The notes under the pieces: generated by a model
Told to the model about the DNA's origin: nothing
The model's input: only the letters and a program-made list of their open reading frames with translations
Database searches by the model: none
Translations under genes and position numbers: made by a program
Assembly (NCBI RefSeq): GCF_009914755.1
Contig: NC_060933.1
DNA from: the human T2T-CHM13v2.0 reference genome, Homo sapiens
Reading direction: 5' to 3' (one strand)
DNA length: 64,000 bases
In this document: positions 1 to 13,289 of the stretch, in pieces
How positions within the stretch are numbered: position 1 is the first letter of the stretch
How the letters are laid out: every line of letters begins with the position of its first letter

Positions 1-290
<290 letters not shown>

Positions 291-1939
291 TAAGCAAAAT
301 TGTTCCCTCCTCTTTCTTTTGCCAAGTTTCAATAAAGCAAAGAAAATACCTAGTATTGATGATTCTTTGACAGAACAAACTTAAGTAAAATGGAAATTAT
401 TGGGCAAATAAAGGAAATTTGAAGAATCTCTGGGAAAACCTGGAGAACTTGGCTTGGAACCCAGGCATGTCCCAGAGTAAGGAAGCCAAAATCACAGGAA
501 CAGTACCATAGCAGGAATTCTGTAGTCATTTCTTCCAATGGAATCAACAGATACTCACTACTTGTAGTCACTCTGTATAAGTTTAAATGCAAGATGGAAT
601 TCATTTTGGCCAAGTACATGTCAATGCCTACCTCTTAGCTGATGGAGACTTGTCACCTAACACCTCACCAGACTATGTCCAGCATAGAAGAGTAATTCCT
701 CAAAAGGAAATGACAGTGGTGTCTGGAAGAAAAAACAGATATAGAGAGTTGTAACAAAAATGACAATAATACATGGTCCCAGTAATATTCAATATCCAAA
801 ATAATCCTGTCTGCTCCTCAGAAACTGAGGTGAGAAATTCCTTAAAGTGATAGGAGCTACCTAGAGAAAATATTCATGGCACATTTTCCTGGAGCATTAA
901 TTTTATTTTAATGTTTCTCAGATACAAAACAAACATGATAATATTATAAATAAGAATTCAAAATTTGCATGATTTTTCAAAACAAACCCCTTCAAAAGCA
1001 TTTCTGTGCTTCTCATTGGTCACTTCAGACCAAGTCCTGAGACTTTCCAGATAGGATTTTTTTCTCCCTTGCTGTGCCCTTAACAAGTTTCTCTTTTTCT
1101 CTCTTAAGGCAGGCTCTAGGCACCTTATAAGGTGCCAATTAACGTCCTGTGAGTCAAGGAATTTCTCTGAATTTTGTCTTTAGCCCTCTCCCTGGGCCAT
1201 TTACAACAGAATTCTATTCTGTTTCTTATATGCAGACTTTCTTTCTCAACACTGCCATTTGGACTGACAACTTGTTTTCATTTTTGTGTTTGTCCCTGCA
1301 GCCTCACTGATTCCTCCTGGGTCTCTCTACACCCCGCCCTCACATCAGCCCAAGGTCTTAGGGCATTGTGGCACTAACACAATGTTAGTCTGGCTCTAAC
1401 ACTCTGAAATCCTTGTCACCCAAAATGGTATATCAGATATGAATATCTAGGGATATCTAACATCTTCTGGAATATATCCACATTTCACACTTAATACCTA
1501 TCCTTGCAGTAAAAAGGTATATAACTTCACTTTCATAAGTTGTGTTTTCTTTTAAAAAGCATAAAGCCAATCCCAAATCTCCTGATACTCCTGTTTTGGG
1601 TAAATCTCTATGTGTACTTTTCATGATTTATGGACTTTGATCATACATTCCTTCATCTTCCATCTTACATGAATTTTAATTTTCCCTTATCTATTCTCTT
1701 AAGGGAGATGCTCCAAACTTCTAAAAAGCAAAGTAGAAACTATCAATTCTTATGTCAACTGAAATATCATTACCCTTCTCAATATGTACTTTAGTTTTCA
1801 CAGTTCCTCAACCATGTTGCAGCCATAAACACTGAGGGGGTAAAAATGGAAGAGGATGTCCTGTAGATGCAACATGTCAAGAAAGAGATTTGAAATAAAA
1901 TTTCAAGTGTGCTTTGACTGGCTGTATTTAATGAATGTC

Positions 1940-2005
1940 CTTAATCGAATCAATTAACTTCCCTCAGTTTCTACATCTTAACTTTCTACATCTATAAAGT
2001 GGGAA
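1940..2005 (+). mobile_element. MIR fragment interrupted by the HERV-H insertion
   Basis: MIR core-like cctcagtttctacatc...catctataaagtgggaat directly abutting the LTR. Confidence 0.5.
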
Positions 2006-2415
2006 TGTTCATGCGGGTCTGTGTGAAGAGACCACCAAACAGGCTTTGTGAGCAATAAAGCTTTTAATCACCTGGGTGCAGGTGGGCTAAGTCCGAAAAG
2101 AGAGTCAGTGAAGGGAGATAGGGGTGGGGCCATTTTATAGGATTTGCGTAGGTAGAGGAAAATTAAAGTCAAAGGGGGGTTGCTCTCTGGCGGGCAGGTG
2201 TGGGGGTCACAAGGTGCTCAGTAGGGGAGCTTCTGAGCCAGGATGAGCCAGGAGAAGGAATTTCACAAGATAATGTCACAGTTAAGGCAGGAGCAGGCCA
2301 TTTTCATTTCTTTTGTGGTGGAATGTCATCAGTTAAGGTAGGAAGCGGCCATCTGGATGTGTACCTCCAGGTCACAGGGGATATGATGGCTTAGCTTGGG
2401 CTCAGAGGCCTAACA
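2006..2415 (-). mobile_element. HERV-H 3' LTR (LTR7 family)
   Basis: Minus strand starts TGTTAGGCCTCTGAGCCCAAGCTAAGCCATCATATCCCCTGTGACC and ends CTCTTCACACAGACCCGCATGAACA. It is preceded by the polypurine tract GAGAAGACAGGAA. Confidence 0.95.
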
Positions 2416-3253
2416 TTCCTGTCTTCTCATATTAATAAGAAAAATAAAATGAAATAGTGGTAAAGTGTTGGGACAGCGAAAATTTTGGGGGGATGATATG
2501 GAGAGATAATGGACGATGTTTCTCATGGCTGCTTCGAGCGGGATTAGAGGCGGCATGGGAACATAGAGTGGGAGAGATTAAGCTGAAGGAAGATTTTGTG
2601 GTAAGGGGTGATATTGTGGGACTGTTAGAATAAACATTTGTCATTTAGAATTATTGGTGATGGCCTGGATACGGTTTTGTATGAATTGAAAAACTAAATG
2701 GAATAAGAGAAGGAGAAAAACAGGTATTAAAGGTCTAAGAATTGGGAGGAGCTAGGACATTTAATTAGAGAGTGCCTAAGGAGATTCAGCATAGTCCTGC
2801 CAGCAAAGATTGTTTATTTACTTTAAGAGTTAGTTAAGAGTGGCAGTTTGGGGATAGCACCAGCGGATATCAGCTGTGATGGCTTGGAGAAACAATGTAA
2901 ACTGGCAGTGTAAACAAGAGCAGGGCATGGATGAGTAGTTTGAGAATGGTGAATAGGAGTATGACTAGACAGAAGATAGTAGGGATGACAAGTTTTTTGG
3001 GGCACAGTCCAAGTTGGTCTGGTGTCTGGAATGAGACTGGGGCCTAATAAAAAGAGCGTCTATACAGGAGCTTAAATGGGCTGTACTCTGTAGCATTCCA
3101 AGGACAGGCCTGAATTCTGAGAAGGGAAAGTGGTAAAAGTATTGTCTAGTCCTTTATAAGTTGGTGGCTGAGCTTGGTGAGGTGTGTTTTTAAAAGACCA
3201 TTAATCTTTTCTGCCTTTCCTGAAGACTGAGGACTGTAAGGAATATAAAGGTT

Positions 3254-3481
3254 TCACTGAATACTAAGAGCCTGAAAAAATGCTTGGCTGATTTGACTAA
3301 TAAAGGCCTGTATGCTCTCAGACTGTATAGAGGTGGGAAGGCCAAACCAAGGAATTATGTCTGACAGAAGGGAAGAAATGACAGCGGTGGCCTTCTCAGA
3401 CCCTGTGGGAAAGGCCTCTACCCATCCAGTGAAAGTGTCTACCCAGACTAATAGGTATTTTAGTTTTCTGACTCGGGGCAT
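3254..3481 (-). pseudogene. HERV-H integrase core fragment
   Basis: YLLVWVDTFTGWVEAFPT...FGLPTSIQS is the gammaretroviral IN core. Confidence 0.88.
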
Positions 3482-4594
3482 GTGAGTAAAGTCAATTTGC
3501 CAGTCCTGGGCGGGGGCAAATCCCTGAGCTTGATGTGTAGGGAAGAGAGGGGGTCTGAATAATCCCTGAGAAGTAGTAGAATAGCAGATGGAACACTGAG
3601 AAGTTATTTCCTTGAGGATAGATTTCCACGATGGAAAGGAAATGAGAGGTTCTAAGAGGCGGGCTGGTGGCTTGTACTATAGCATAGCCTGCCTTTGCTG
3701 GTGTATGGCAATTAGGCCTGGTGGAACTGCCATCAATAAATCAAGCGTGATCAGGGTGAGGAACAGAAAAGAAGGAAATATGGCGAAATGTGGTGAATGT
3801 CACGTGGATCAGAGAGATACAGTCATGGGTGTCAGGTATGGTATCAGAAATAATGTGGGAGGCCGGATTGAAGTCCCGGCCAAGAACAATGGTAATTGTG
3901 GGACTCAACAAAGAGTGAGTACAGCTGAAGGAGCCAGGGAGCAGAAAGTGTATGTGTCAGGTGTGAGGAAGAAAGTAGATTTTGGAAGTTATGAGAACTG
4001 TAGAGAGTGAGTTGAGCACAGTTTGTGATTTTAAGGGCCTCTAAAAGTATTAGGGCGGTGGCGGCTGCCGCACGCAGACTTGAGGGCTAGGCAAAACAGT
4101 AAGGTCAAGTTGTTTGGATAAAAGGCTACAGGGCGCGGTCCCGGTTCTTGTGTAAGAATTCTGACTGCACACCCCTGCACTTCAGTTGTGGGTAACGAAA
4201 AGGGTTGGGATGAGTCAGGAAGAGCTAGGGTGGGGCAGTCTCTAAAGATGTCTTCAAGGAATGGAAAGAGGAGTGGGGAAAGGATTTAGGATCTATGGGG
4301 TCAGCTAGATTTCTTTTTGTGAGTTTATATAATGGTTTTATTAGGATGGCAAAACCAGGTATCTAAAGTCGAAAGTATCTCACCATGCCTAGGATGTAGA
4401 AGGTGTTGGGGTTTGAGAGATCAGTCAGACACGATCAGCAGGGAGAGCACGTGTGTTTTTATGAGAATTATGCCGAGACAGGTAACAGGTGAGGAAGAAA
4501 TTTGGGCTTGAGTGAAGTAATGGGGGCTGTCTGTGAAGCCTTGCAGCACTACAGCCTAGGTAATTTGCTGAGCCTGATGGGTGTCAGGGTCAGT

Positions 4595-5365
4595 CTAAGT
4601 GAAAGCAAAGAGAGGCTGGGATGAAGGGTGCAAAGGAATAGTGAAGAAAGCATGTTTGAGATCCAGAACAGAATAATGGGTTGTTGAGGGAGGTATTGAG
4701 GATAGGAGAGTATATGGGTTTGGCACCATGGGGTGGATAGGCAAAACAATTTGGTTGATAAGGCGCAGATCCTGAACTAACCTGTAAGGTTTGTCTGGTT
4801 TTAGGACAGGTAAAATGGGGGAATTGTAAGGGCAGTTTATAGGCTTTAAAAGGCCATGCTGTAGCAGGCGAGTGATAACAGGCTTTAATCCTTTTAAAGC
4901 ATGTTGTGGGATGGGATGTTGGCGTTGAGCAGGGTAAGGGTGATTAGGTTTTAATGGGGTGGTAATGGGCATGTGATCGGTTGCCAGGGAAGGAGTAGAG
5001 ATGTCCCATACTTGTGGGTTAAGGTGGGGGGATATGAGAGAGAGACGCAAAGGAGGCTTTGGGTTGGGGAGAAGGGCGGCAATGAGATGCAGCTGTAGTC
5101 CAGGAATAGTCAGGGAAGCAGATAATTTGGTTAAAATATCTCGGCCTAATAAGGGAACTGGGCAGGTGGGGATAACTAAAAAAGAGTGCATAAAAGAGTA
5201 TTGTCTAAGTTGGCACCACGGTTGGGGAATTTTAAGAGGTTTAGAAGCCTGGCCGTCAACACCTACAACAGTTATGGAGGCAAGGGAAACAGGCCCTTGA
5301 AAATAAGGTAATGTGGAGTGAGTAGCCTCCATATTGATTAAGAAGGGGAAGGACTTACCCTCCAC
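4595..5365 (-). pseudogene. HERV-H protease plus RT N-terminus, defective
   Basis: 256-aa ORF with a degenerate protease site (FLINMEATHS), LLGRDIL, and RT motifs YNSPILPVLKP, YRLVQDLRLINQ and VLDLKHAFFTIPLHP. It ends in a stop before YxDD. Confidence 0.9.
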
Positions 5366-6724
5366 TGTGAGAGTTACTTAGAGCATCTGTGATGGTCCTG
5401 TAAGCTTCTGAGGTAATCGGGCAGTTTCAGTCTTCAGCTGCTAAGCCGAGAAGGAGTCAGAGAGCCTTGGGCCAGAGTTCCAGGGGCTCTGGAAGTGGCT
5501 GCCAGGTGAGTTGAACAGTCCGATTTTCAATGGGGTCCTGCACAGATGGGACATGGCTTAGGAGGAATCCTGGGCTGTGGGCATTCCTTGGCCCAGTGGC
5601 CAGATTTCTGGCACTTGCAGCAAGCTCCTGGGGGAGGAGGTTCTGGAGGAATGGCAGCTGTGGTTCAGGCGTTTGGGGTTCTTGTGTGCTGGAGATGTGG
5701 CTGGGGTTTGTCTCACAGTGGAGGCAAGGAATTGCAACTCAGAAATACATTGCTACTTGGCTGCCTCTATTATTGTATACCTTGAAGGCGAGGTTAATTA
5801 AGTCCTGTTTTGGGGTTTGAGGGCTGGAATTTAATTTTTGGAGCTTCATTTCATGTTGAGAGCAGATTGGGTAAAAAAATAAAATGCATATTGAGAATAA
5901 CAATAAGACGGCCTTCTGACCTTTCAGGGTCTAGGGCTGTAAAGTGTCTCAGGGTTGCTGCCAAACGAGCCATGAACTGGGCTGGGTTTCTCATATTTGA
6001 TGAAAAAGAGCCTAAACGCTAACTGATTTTGAGAGAGTTCGGATAAAGAAAAAGGAGCATTAACCTTGACTATGCCTTTATCTCCAGCCACCTTTTTAAG
6101 AGGAAATTGCAGGCAGGTGGGGGAAGGCTAGTCACGGAATGAAACTGTAAGCCGGAAAAGGTGTGAGGAGGGGAGGTGATAAAAGGATTATAGGGTGGGG
6201 GAGCAGAGGCTGAGGAAGAATTGGGACCTGGCTCGGCCTGGCGAGGAGGGGAGAGGTCAGATGGGTCTGTAGACAAGGAAGATTAGAAAGACTCAGTGAC
6301 GCTTGGGGTTGGGACTGAGGGGACAGGTGGGAGAGAAAGATGGAAGATTTGGGACGAGTTGCATTGGGAACAGAGACTAGGGAGGGACTGATGTGTAATA
6401 GAATGCCTGGACGTCAGGCACCTCAGACCATTTGCTTATTTTACGACAAGAATTATTTAGATCTTGTAGGATGGAAAAATTGAAAGTGCCATTTTCTGGC
6501 TATTTGGAACTACTGTCGAGTTTGTATTGGGGTCAAGTGGCATTGCAGAAGAAAATAAGGCATTTAGGTTTTAGGTTTTTAAGAACACAGGCTAAGGGAG
6601 AGGAAGGAGGAAAGGAATGGAAGGTGGAAGGTTGCCCATAGTGAAGGAGGCAAGCCTAGAGAAAAGAGAGAGTAGAGACATGGAGGGAAGGGGTTCGGGG
6701 GTTCTTACCCTCCAGAAAAGTGGG

Positions 6725-6840
6725 AAAGGGGTTGGGGCACAGAGATAAGAGGTCAGGGCATGGAAATAAGGGATCAGGGTGCAGAGATAAGGGGTCGGGG
6801 CGAGGAAATAAGGGATCGGGGTACAGAGATAAGGGGTCAT
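6725..6840. repeat. ~20-bp tandem repeat of the HERV-H leader
   Basis: Alternating units ggggcacagagataagaggtc / gggcatggaaataagggatc, about 5-6 copies. Confidence 0.85.
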
Positions 6841-7287
6841 GCTGCTACATTAACATCATACCATCTTTGAATATATGTAGTTGGGCAACTCCAATGTCAC
6901 ATTTCTGGCTCAAGCCACCATTCATACTTGTTCCAGATGCATCACCTACTGCTTAGCTAAGACAGCTGTCATGCTTAGCATGTTTCTTCACACACCCATA
7001 GCACCAATGCCACAGCTGCTTCATTCAGGGTTTCTGCTTGTCACTGCACGAAAAAAATGGGTATGGGAGTGAATATTTCTGGTTTGCATGGAGTTTTATA
7101 AAACTAGATCCTATAACATGGTCACTTGGACCTTGAGATGTTTTGGATTTCTAGATGTACCATATATACCAGATGTATGGAACATGAGAAATGGCTGGAT
7201 ATTTTGGATAGAGTTTTCCAGAAATGAACTCTGAGCAGGTATCTTCATACTGGATAAACCTGAGGAGCACAGTCAGAAACCACACTG

Positions 7288-7485
7288 CAGTAGTAGGCTG
7301 AAGCCAACCTGTACCGATTTGCAGTTATGCACATCTCTTGCCAACTCTGCACTCAATGACAGCAAGTTGGTAATTTTAAATTGGCCATAGTGGGAGATGA
7401 CATCTTAGAATTTGGAAAATTTGACAAATAGAGGCTTTTTTCCCCCTGGAGATTCAATTGTTAAATATTTACAAGCACATCACTG
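7288..7485. mobile_element. MER63-like hAT DNA transposon (MITE)
   Basis: Ends cagtagtaggctgaagcc... and ...ttgttaaatatttacaagcacatcactg match MER63-type termini CAGTGGTGTGCTGG. Confidence 0.65.
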
Positions 7486-7569
7486 TCTGAAAAAGAGCCT
7501 TCTCTTTCAGCCCAAAAAGAGCCAGGACTACACAGAGGAAGAAGTTGAACTGCTTGGATTTGGGCTTAT

Positions 7570-7990
7570 CCACCATAATAATTCTTAGCCAACCCATCAA
7601 GAAATCAAAGTGAGTTTTCTGACGAATATTAAGTGCATCCATTTCAATATTCCACGTGGGACCAGTGTGTGCATGGTCCCGTGGACGCACTCTTTGCAAA
7701 TGTGGCCCAGGACTCCTTCATTTGCTACCTGGCCCATCTGTGTTCCAACTCTAACCAGGGAGTCATGATAACACTTTGGATCACCAGATATCAATGTCAG
7801 CAGGAACCCTATGGCCAACAGTCCATGAAGTATCTGAGTATTCCTTTTTTCTCAAGTCAAAGAGCTACCCAAGTAAATGGCTAGATATCTGCTATAAAAG
7901 TACCACCAGTACAACTCCAGATTGGCAGCAATGATGCATCTGTTTCAGATCCAGACACTTTGTGGCAGGATGGCTATTGGGATCTTGTAA
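7570..7990 (-). mobile_element. Old ERVL-class internal fragment (protease region)
   Basis: ORF 7597-7818 LTLISGDPKCYHDSLVRVGTQMGQVANEGVL resembles the ERVL protease LTLIPGDPK.H.GPPVRVGAYGGQVINGVL. Confidence 0.65.
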
Positions 7991-8014
7991 TTGGATCTCC
8001 TAATCCTTTATCAC

Positions 8015-8300
8015 CTATAAGGGAGCAAGGAAAGAGGGATTAGGCAAAGGGAAAAATCGAATCACAATGCAGTGCAACAGAGGCCTCAGCCAATCACAGA
8101 GTGATTAGGGTATATCCTTCACTAAGGCAGTTCTCCTCTTCTGAGGGAAATTTCCAGAGAAGGACTCAACGTAAGACATTTGGTGCCAGGAGTGGTACCA
8201 GGAAGCAGACTCAGCTGAGTCATTGGTAGACAATATTCTGGCAGCTGGGGAAAAGTTCTAAAGTAGGGGATTGAGCATCATATTTCAGTGTCTGTTACAC
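8015..8300 (-). mobile_element. ERVL-class LTR remnant (LTR33/MLT2-like)
   Basis: ggattaggcaaagggaaaaatcgaatcacaatgcagtgcaacagaggcctcagccaatc motif. Confidence 0.45.
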
Positions 8301-8727
8301 TGAGTCAGATTAAGATCCCCTACATTACATGCAGAACTATTATTTTCCAACAATACTGAGAATTTGAGTTTAGCTTTGCGTACCGATCTCCTTCTCTCAG
8401 ACTAGATTTTCTCCTCAGTTCTAAGGTTCTTCCTTGAAATTTTGCATCATAACATCTCCCTCTACCTCAAAGCCTTCCAGTATGTTTTTATATGTAAAAA
8501 CATTGATCATTTGCTTTATTTGTCTTCCAGAAGCTTCCTTAACTACCAGGTAAAATTTGTTAATTCAAAAACATATCAACAATGAAGGAGATTTTCCAAG
8601 CTCATAAAACCTATGCCTCTGATGATTTTCCAGGGCATCCTATTACAGTTATCACCACTGGATCTGAAATTGGTGCGTTATCGCTGATAATCTTGAGTTA
8701 TGCTGATGATATTTTTATAGTAGATAT

Positions 8728-9643
8728 TGTTAGCAGTATATACAAATTTAGAAAAGAGAGCTTTATTTCTTTGAAGGGGATTACAACCTGCAGGCAGAAA
8801 GCACAGCCCCTGGCTTAAAACAGAAAGCCAGCACTTTGAGGAAGGGAGAGTAAGGTAGGAATTTAAGCTTGAACGGGTTAGCCAAGTAGGCATATTTAAC
8901 AGGATATAGGAGGAGCTATGAATATGCATGAAAAGGAGGTCATGTGATTGAGTGATAAGCAAACATGCATGTTACATGCATTTCATGCTCACCTTGGGGT
9001 AGAGAATTAACATTCAAATGTATTACAATTAGGCCCTACACTTCAAAAGATCTTTTCAGGACATGAAGGCACACAAGTGTGCAGTCTCAGTAAACCAGCC
9101 GGGACCAGTCCATGGTCAATGGCCTTCTTATCAGGAGAAAGTTACTGAAATCAGTCTCTTGTCTGCTTGAAGCTATAGTTATGGCTTGTGGAACAGGGGG
9201 CTCAGTTAGTCATTGTCTGGTGGTTGGCAAGTTGCAGCTGCTTCGACATTGTTATCTCAAAGCCAGTGCTTGTTTAGCTTCTAGAAAAAAAGAAAAAACT
9301 TGTGGCAGTTAGAACATAGTTTATCCTTTAAGTGTAGGGGTGCATAACTTAACCCTTGCCTGGCGTGGCTTTAGGTCCTGTTTATAATTTAGGTCCTGTT
9401 TAAAATTTGGTATCATATTGTCACAAAGAGTCTGTTTTGTCAGCCTTATGACCTCTATTTTTGTATAAATTCTGGTCAGTTGTTTTGTGTAGACTGCAAA
9501 AGGGAACAGGTATAATGAGACATGTCTGACCTATCATCCCATCATGGCGAGGAACTCAGTTTCAAGGTTTCTGGGGTCCCCATGGCCAAGAGGGAGTCCT
9601 TTCAGTCAGATGATGGGGCATGGGATTTTATTTTTAGTTTACA
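8728..9643 (-). mobile_element. Solo ERV1 LTR of the MER4 group (MER49-like)
   Basis: Minus strand starts TGTAAACTAAAAATAAAATCC and ends CA. About 915 bp, with an imperfect 4-bp TSD atat/gtat. Confidence 0.75.
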
Positions 9644-10867
9644 GTATTTACCTTACAAAATAGATGGAAGGCGGGCAGCAGGAGAAAGAAGAAATAATTC
9701 TCTCATTAGAGTAATAAGTAGTTAGGGGAAGACCTTGACATATGGATAATGTTTCTAGGAAGTTTCAGAGGCACAGTTATATAGCTGTTGCAATTAGCAT
9801 CTAACAAGGAATTAGATTTGTTTATATATACATCACAGGGAAGAAAATTATGGAGGATATTTTTAAGCCACCAAGTGTGCTGAGAATCGATGAAATATTG
9901 AATGACTTCCTTTAAAAAATAACTTTTCTGGAACTGATAGTCAGGTCTGTATAACTGGCCATGCTGAGAGAAAAGTGAGCTAATAGGTTTCAGTGTGATT
10001 TTCTATTCAAACAAGCTTGGAGTACTTTAAGCAATTAACAAGCTTTCTGGGCTGATTCCACATTACAGGGAAAAAATTGTAATGTGCAATATGCTCATGT
10101 GGGAACCCTTAAAAATCATCTCTGTGATTATCAAGTGATGAAGCCATAATCACAATGCTGGCATCCACAGACTTTCTGACTCAGAGGTTTCTATGAATCC
10201 AACATTCTTATTAATTGTATTCCTTTCACAGATCTGCATCAAGAACTAGGGAAAAATATGGCCTTTTATGCATAATGACAAGATACAATGTCCTAATGTG
10301 ACTGGCTTCATAACAGTGTTAACATTCTCCCACTGGATTTATAAGGGAAAGGGAGTGACTTACTCCTAAAAGAGCTGATTTAATACAAGGAGATTAGTTC
10401 TGAACGAGGTCATTTGTAAAACCACACAGCCAACTACTTAACATGTTACATGGAATCTATACTGGAGATGGCTGCCACATTTGTGGTACTAGCTCACATG
10501 GGTCATACTCGGGACAACATTGAAGATTTTTGTGTACTATAAAAAACAAGAAGCGGTGTACCCATTTTTGCTCATTAACAATACCTTTCAATTAGTTAGA
10601 AAAGGTATGACTTCAAGAAAACTAGACAGAAATACAATTATCTTGTTTATCCTAGTATTGAGACTAGCCCAGGGTAGTTTTTATTTCCCATCCTCTGTCA
10701 TTAATGTTCCTATCTGAATAAAATAATAGACAGTTTGATTTTCCTTTTGCACTTTGGATCTAAGCAACAAAGAATGAAACATGGATATTCCTTGCACCCT
10801 GGTTACTGTATAGCATGTCCCTGCCCTCCCCACTCGACTGCTATCCCTCCCTTCTCTCTGCCTCCAG

Positions 10868-11159
10868 CTAGGACTTGTTATGGGAGCTACAAGCCCCTGA
10901 CATGTGAATGCTATGCACTGTGTCAGAAAGCCAGCTATCCAGTATTTTGTGTTAAGGTGGTATAGGGGCTATATTGGGAGATAAACTTTCATTGGCTTAT
11001 CTCAAGAGTTTTCAACCTGGAAAGTATTAAAAGATGTCACCTCCTAAAAGGTGACAGTAGATGAAACTTTATGAAATTTCTCTACTGGAAATTTGAAGAA
11101 AAATATTGCCATCCAGCCCTTAATGAAGCAAATCAAATCATACTGTATCAGGACCCTTG
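10868..11159 (+). pseudogene. Candidate decayed exon, N-half of an RGS22-like RGS domain
   Basis: Strong acceptor ccctcccttctctctgcctccag. Repaired translation FNLESIKRCHLLKG/TVDETL*NF/LLEI...LMKQIKSY needs frameshifts. GT at 11160. Confidence 0.4.
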
Positions 11160-11390
11160 GTCAAGATACTACTTTTCATTATTAATATTCTAGTATTTCA
11201 GATTTAGTCTTCATATAATAGTCTTCAAATATAACAAAATAACACATATGTAATAGTGTTGATAACCATGTGGTGGTGCTTCCCCTAAATATTTGAGATG
11301 TCACTATTGATAGTGATACCTGTCAAAGTTACACTCATCTCTTACTTCACCCCTATCTCTTTTGCCTGGTCTTTGTTTTCCATGGTCCAG

Positions 11391-11689
11391 ACAACAGAAA
11401 TATTTTTGGTTCCCAATAGTCTGAGGGTAAAAGCAGTCAGTAAGCCTTAATAAACTCCACAAGAAGAGCACTGCTATCTCTCATGAAGATTCCAGGGCTC
11501 CTCTGGGTGGGATGTGGTGGGTATTGCAACAGTATTTAAAACTCTGTGCTAGGCTGATAGCATAGATATTCTGAAAGTACAATTCCAGCTGCCCAACTCT
11601 GTATTGGCCAGCCTCTATGAAGGAAGCCCTGTGATCCACGAGAAGAAAAGCAGTTCCTCCTCCCCCGCACAGGGACTGCCAGTAATGTG
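11391..11689 (+). pseudogene. Candidate decayed exon, C-half of an RGS-like domain
   Basis: Pyrimidine tract plus cag acceptor. ALINSTRRALLSLMKIPGLL at 11444-11503 resembles the RGS terminal helix L..W.PRF. GT at 11690. Confidence 0.3.
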
Positions 11690-12039
11690 GTATTTTATTT
11701 TCTTCTCTTCAGCCCTTTACTCTGTCCACTTCTGTCTTAATTCAGCTTAGATTTTTTTGTCCATTATGAATGAGACTCTCTTACCAATATATATTCGAGT
11801 CTTTTCTCAAGAACATAGATTATTCTTCTATCACAATTGCTGACAAACCCATGTTGTGGGTCTAATTTAGCTGTCAATTTCCTCCAAGACTATGCATAAA
11901 ATCCTGAACAATGACGAATATAATTGCACAAATTTGCAGATTTATGCCAGTCTCAATTCATGGTTTTGAAACTTGGATAGTCTATGACGTCCAGCAGCCC
12001 TTTAACTATGTTTTAAATGTTGCCACTTCATGTCTTGCA

Positions 12040-12800
12040 GGACCTTCAGGTTCACTCTGTCTAAAATATATGTTGTCTCTACCAACCCTTTATCCAACCA
12101 CTTATTCAAGCCAGAAGTCTTGGCATCTCTTGGAATCGATCCATTAATTTCCATCTCACTGTCATAACCTTAGTTCAGATCACTCTCATCTCTTACTTAG
12201 TCTATTTTAACAGCCACATAACTAGCATTGTTGCTCCAATCCTGTATTTCTCCAATCTATTTTCACTTTATAGACAGAATGATTTTTCAAAACATCTTTA
12301 AAAGATCTCGTTTAATGGATTCTTACTGTTATAAAACCCAACCCCTACCCATAGCTTAGGAGGCTCTACAGAATTTCTGCTTCTATATTTCCCTTATCAT
12401 GTTTTGCTATTACCTTCCTCCCTAATCATCCAGATTCTCTGTTCAGGCATACTGTTCTGCAAATGATACATGCACCCAACTTTTGCTTCCAGGGCTTCAC
12501 ACAAGACTTTTCCCTAGGTCTTGAAAAATTATATCTTGTCACTGCTTGTTTTTCTCATATTCATCAACCTATTTGATTGTTTAAATCTTTGTCAGCCCTT
12601 ATTTCCTCTGGGAAGCCCTGAGTGTTGTTGAGGTACACCATTATTCATGCTCTAATATCACAATTTCTGCATGTAATCAGATCTGTCTCCACCCAATCTC
12701 AAGTCCTTCCTTCCTTTCCCTCACCACCCCACCACATTACCATCCAATTTAAAAAGCTGTCTATTCTTTTTATCTCCCAAATGTATACCAAATTATTCTG
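12040..12800 (+). mobile_element. L2 fragment(s)
   Basis: ccatctcactgtcataaccttagttcagatcactctcatctcttactt is typical of the L2 3' region. Boundaries approximate. Confidence 0.55.
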
Positions 12801-13289
12801 TACCAGAGGCCTCTTACATACCACCTAAGGCCTTCTTGGCCTCACCTGTCTCTTGTTCTAGCTTTGCTTGGATTCTGACCAAATTCATGTAGGTGCAACC
12901 TAACGGTGTCTCTCCTCCTTCCATCTCTGTATCTGTGGTCTCTTGATCTGGGGCTTTCTTGTTTATGATGCTCAGGACCCTGCTCAACACTCATGCCCAG
13001 ACTTGTGCAACCCAGAAGTTCAGGGAGCTCAGCACACCAAGAGAAAACTTAAACCAGTGCATGATTTTTTTATCCTTCTTGACCTTCGGGGGATGATTCT
13101 AAGATGCAACTTACTTACCTTCTTACCAGTGTAGTCCCACAGACCTAACAGTTGGCACTTAGCAGTCACCCAGTTCAATAAGATAACTCACAGTGGTTCT
13201 CCATCTTCTGTTACTCCATCACTCCTGTAGTCCCTCACTCCTGCTCCCTAAATAAAAAGTAAACATAATATGCTTTCTCAGGCTAAGCT

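Larger units (their letters stand above)
2416..6840 (-). mobile_element. HERV-H internal region (deleted non-autonomous type; 5' LTR and PBS absent)
   Basis: Contains gag, pro, RT and integrase remnants and the HERV-H leader tandem repeats at 6720-6840. Similarity stops abruptly at about 6840. Confidence 0.93.

Noticed and set aside
374-613. Further exon-like segments (also 1109-1148, 10232-10556, 56346-56450)
   Set aside because: AG/GT present but no recognisable motif and many stops. Revisit only if an orthologue is found.
1119-1136. Perfect 18-bp palindrome ggcaccttataaggtgcc
   Set aside because: About 0.2-0.3 such palindromes are expected by chance in 64 kb.
6725-6840. Regular short repeats as a CRISPR-like array
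   Set aside because: No unique spacers. This is the known HERV-H leader repeat in a eukaryotic context.
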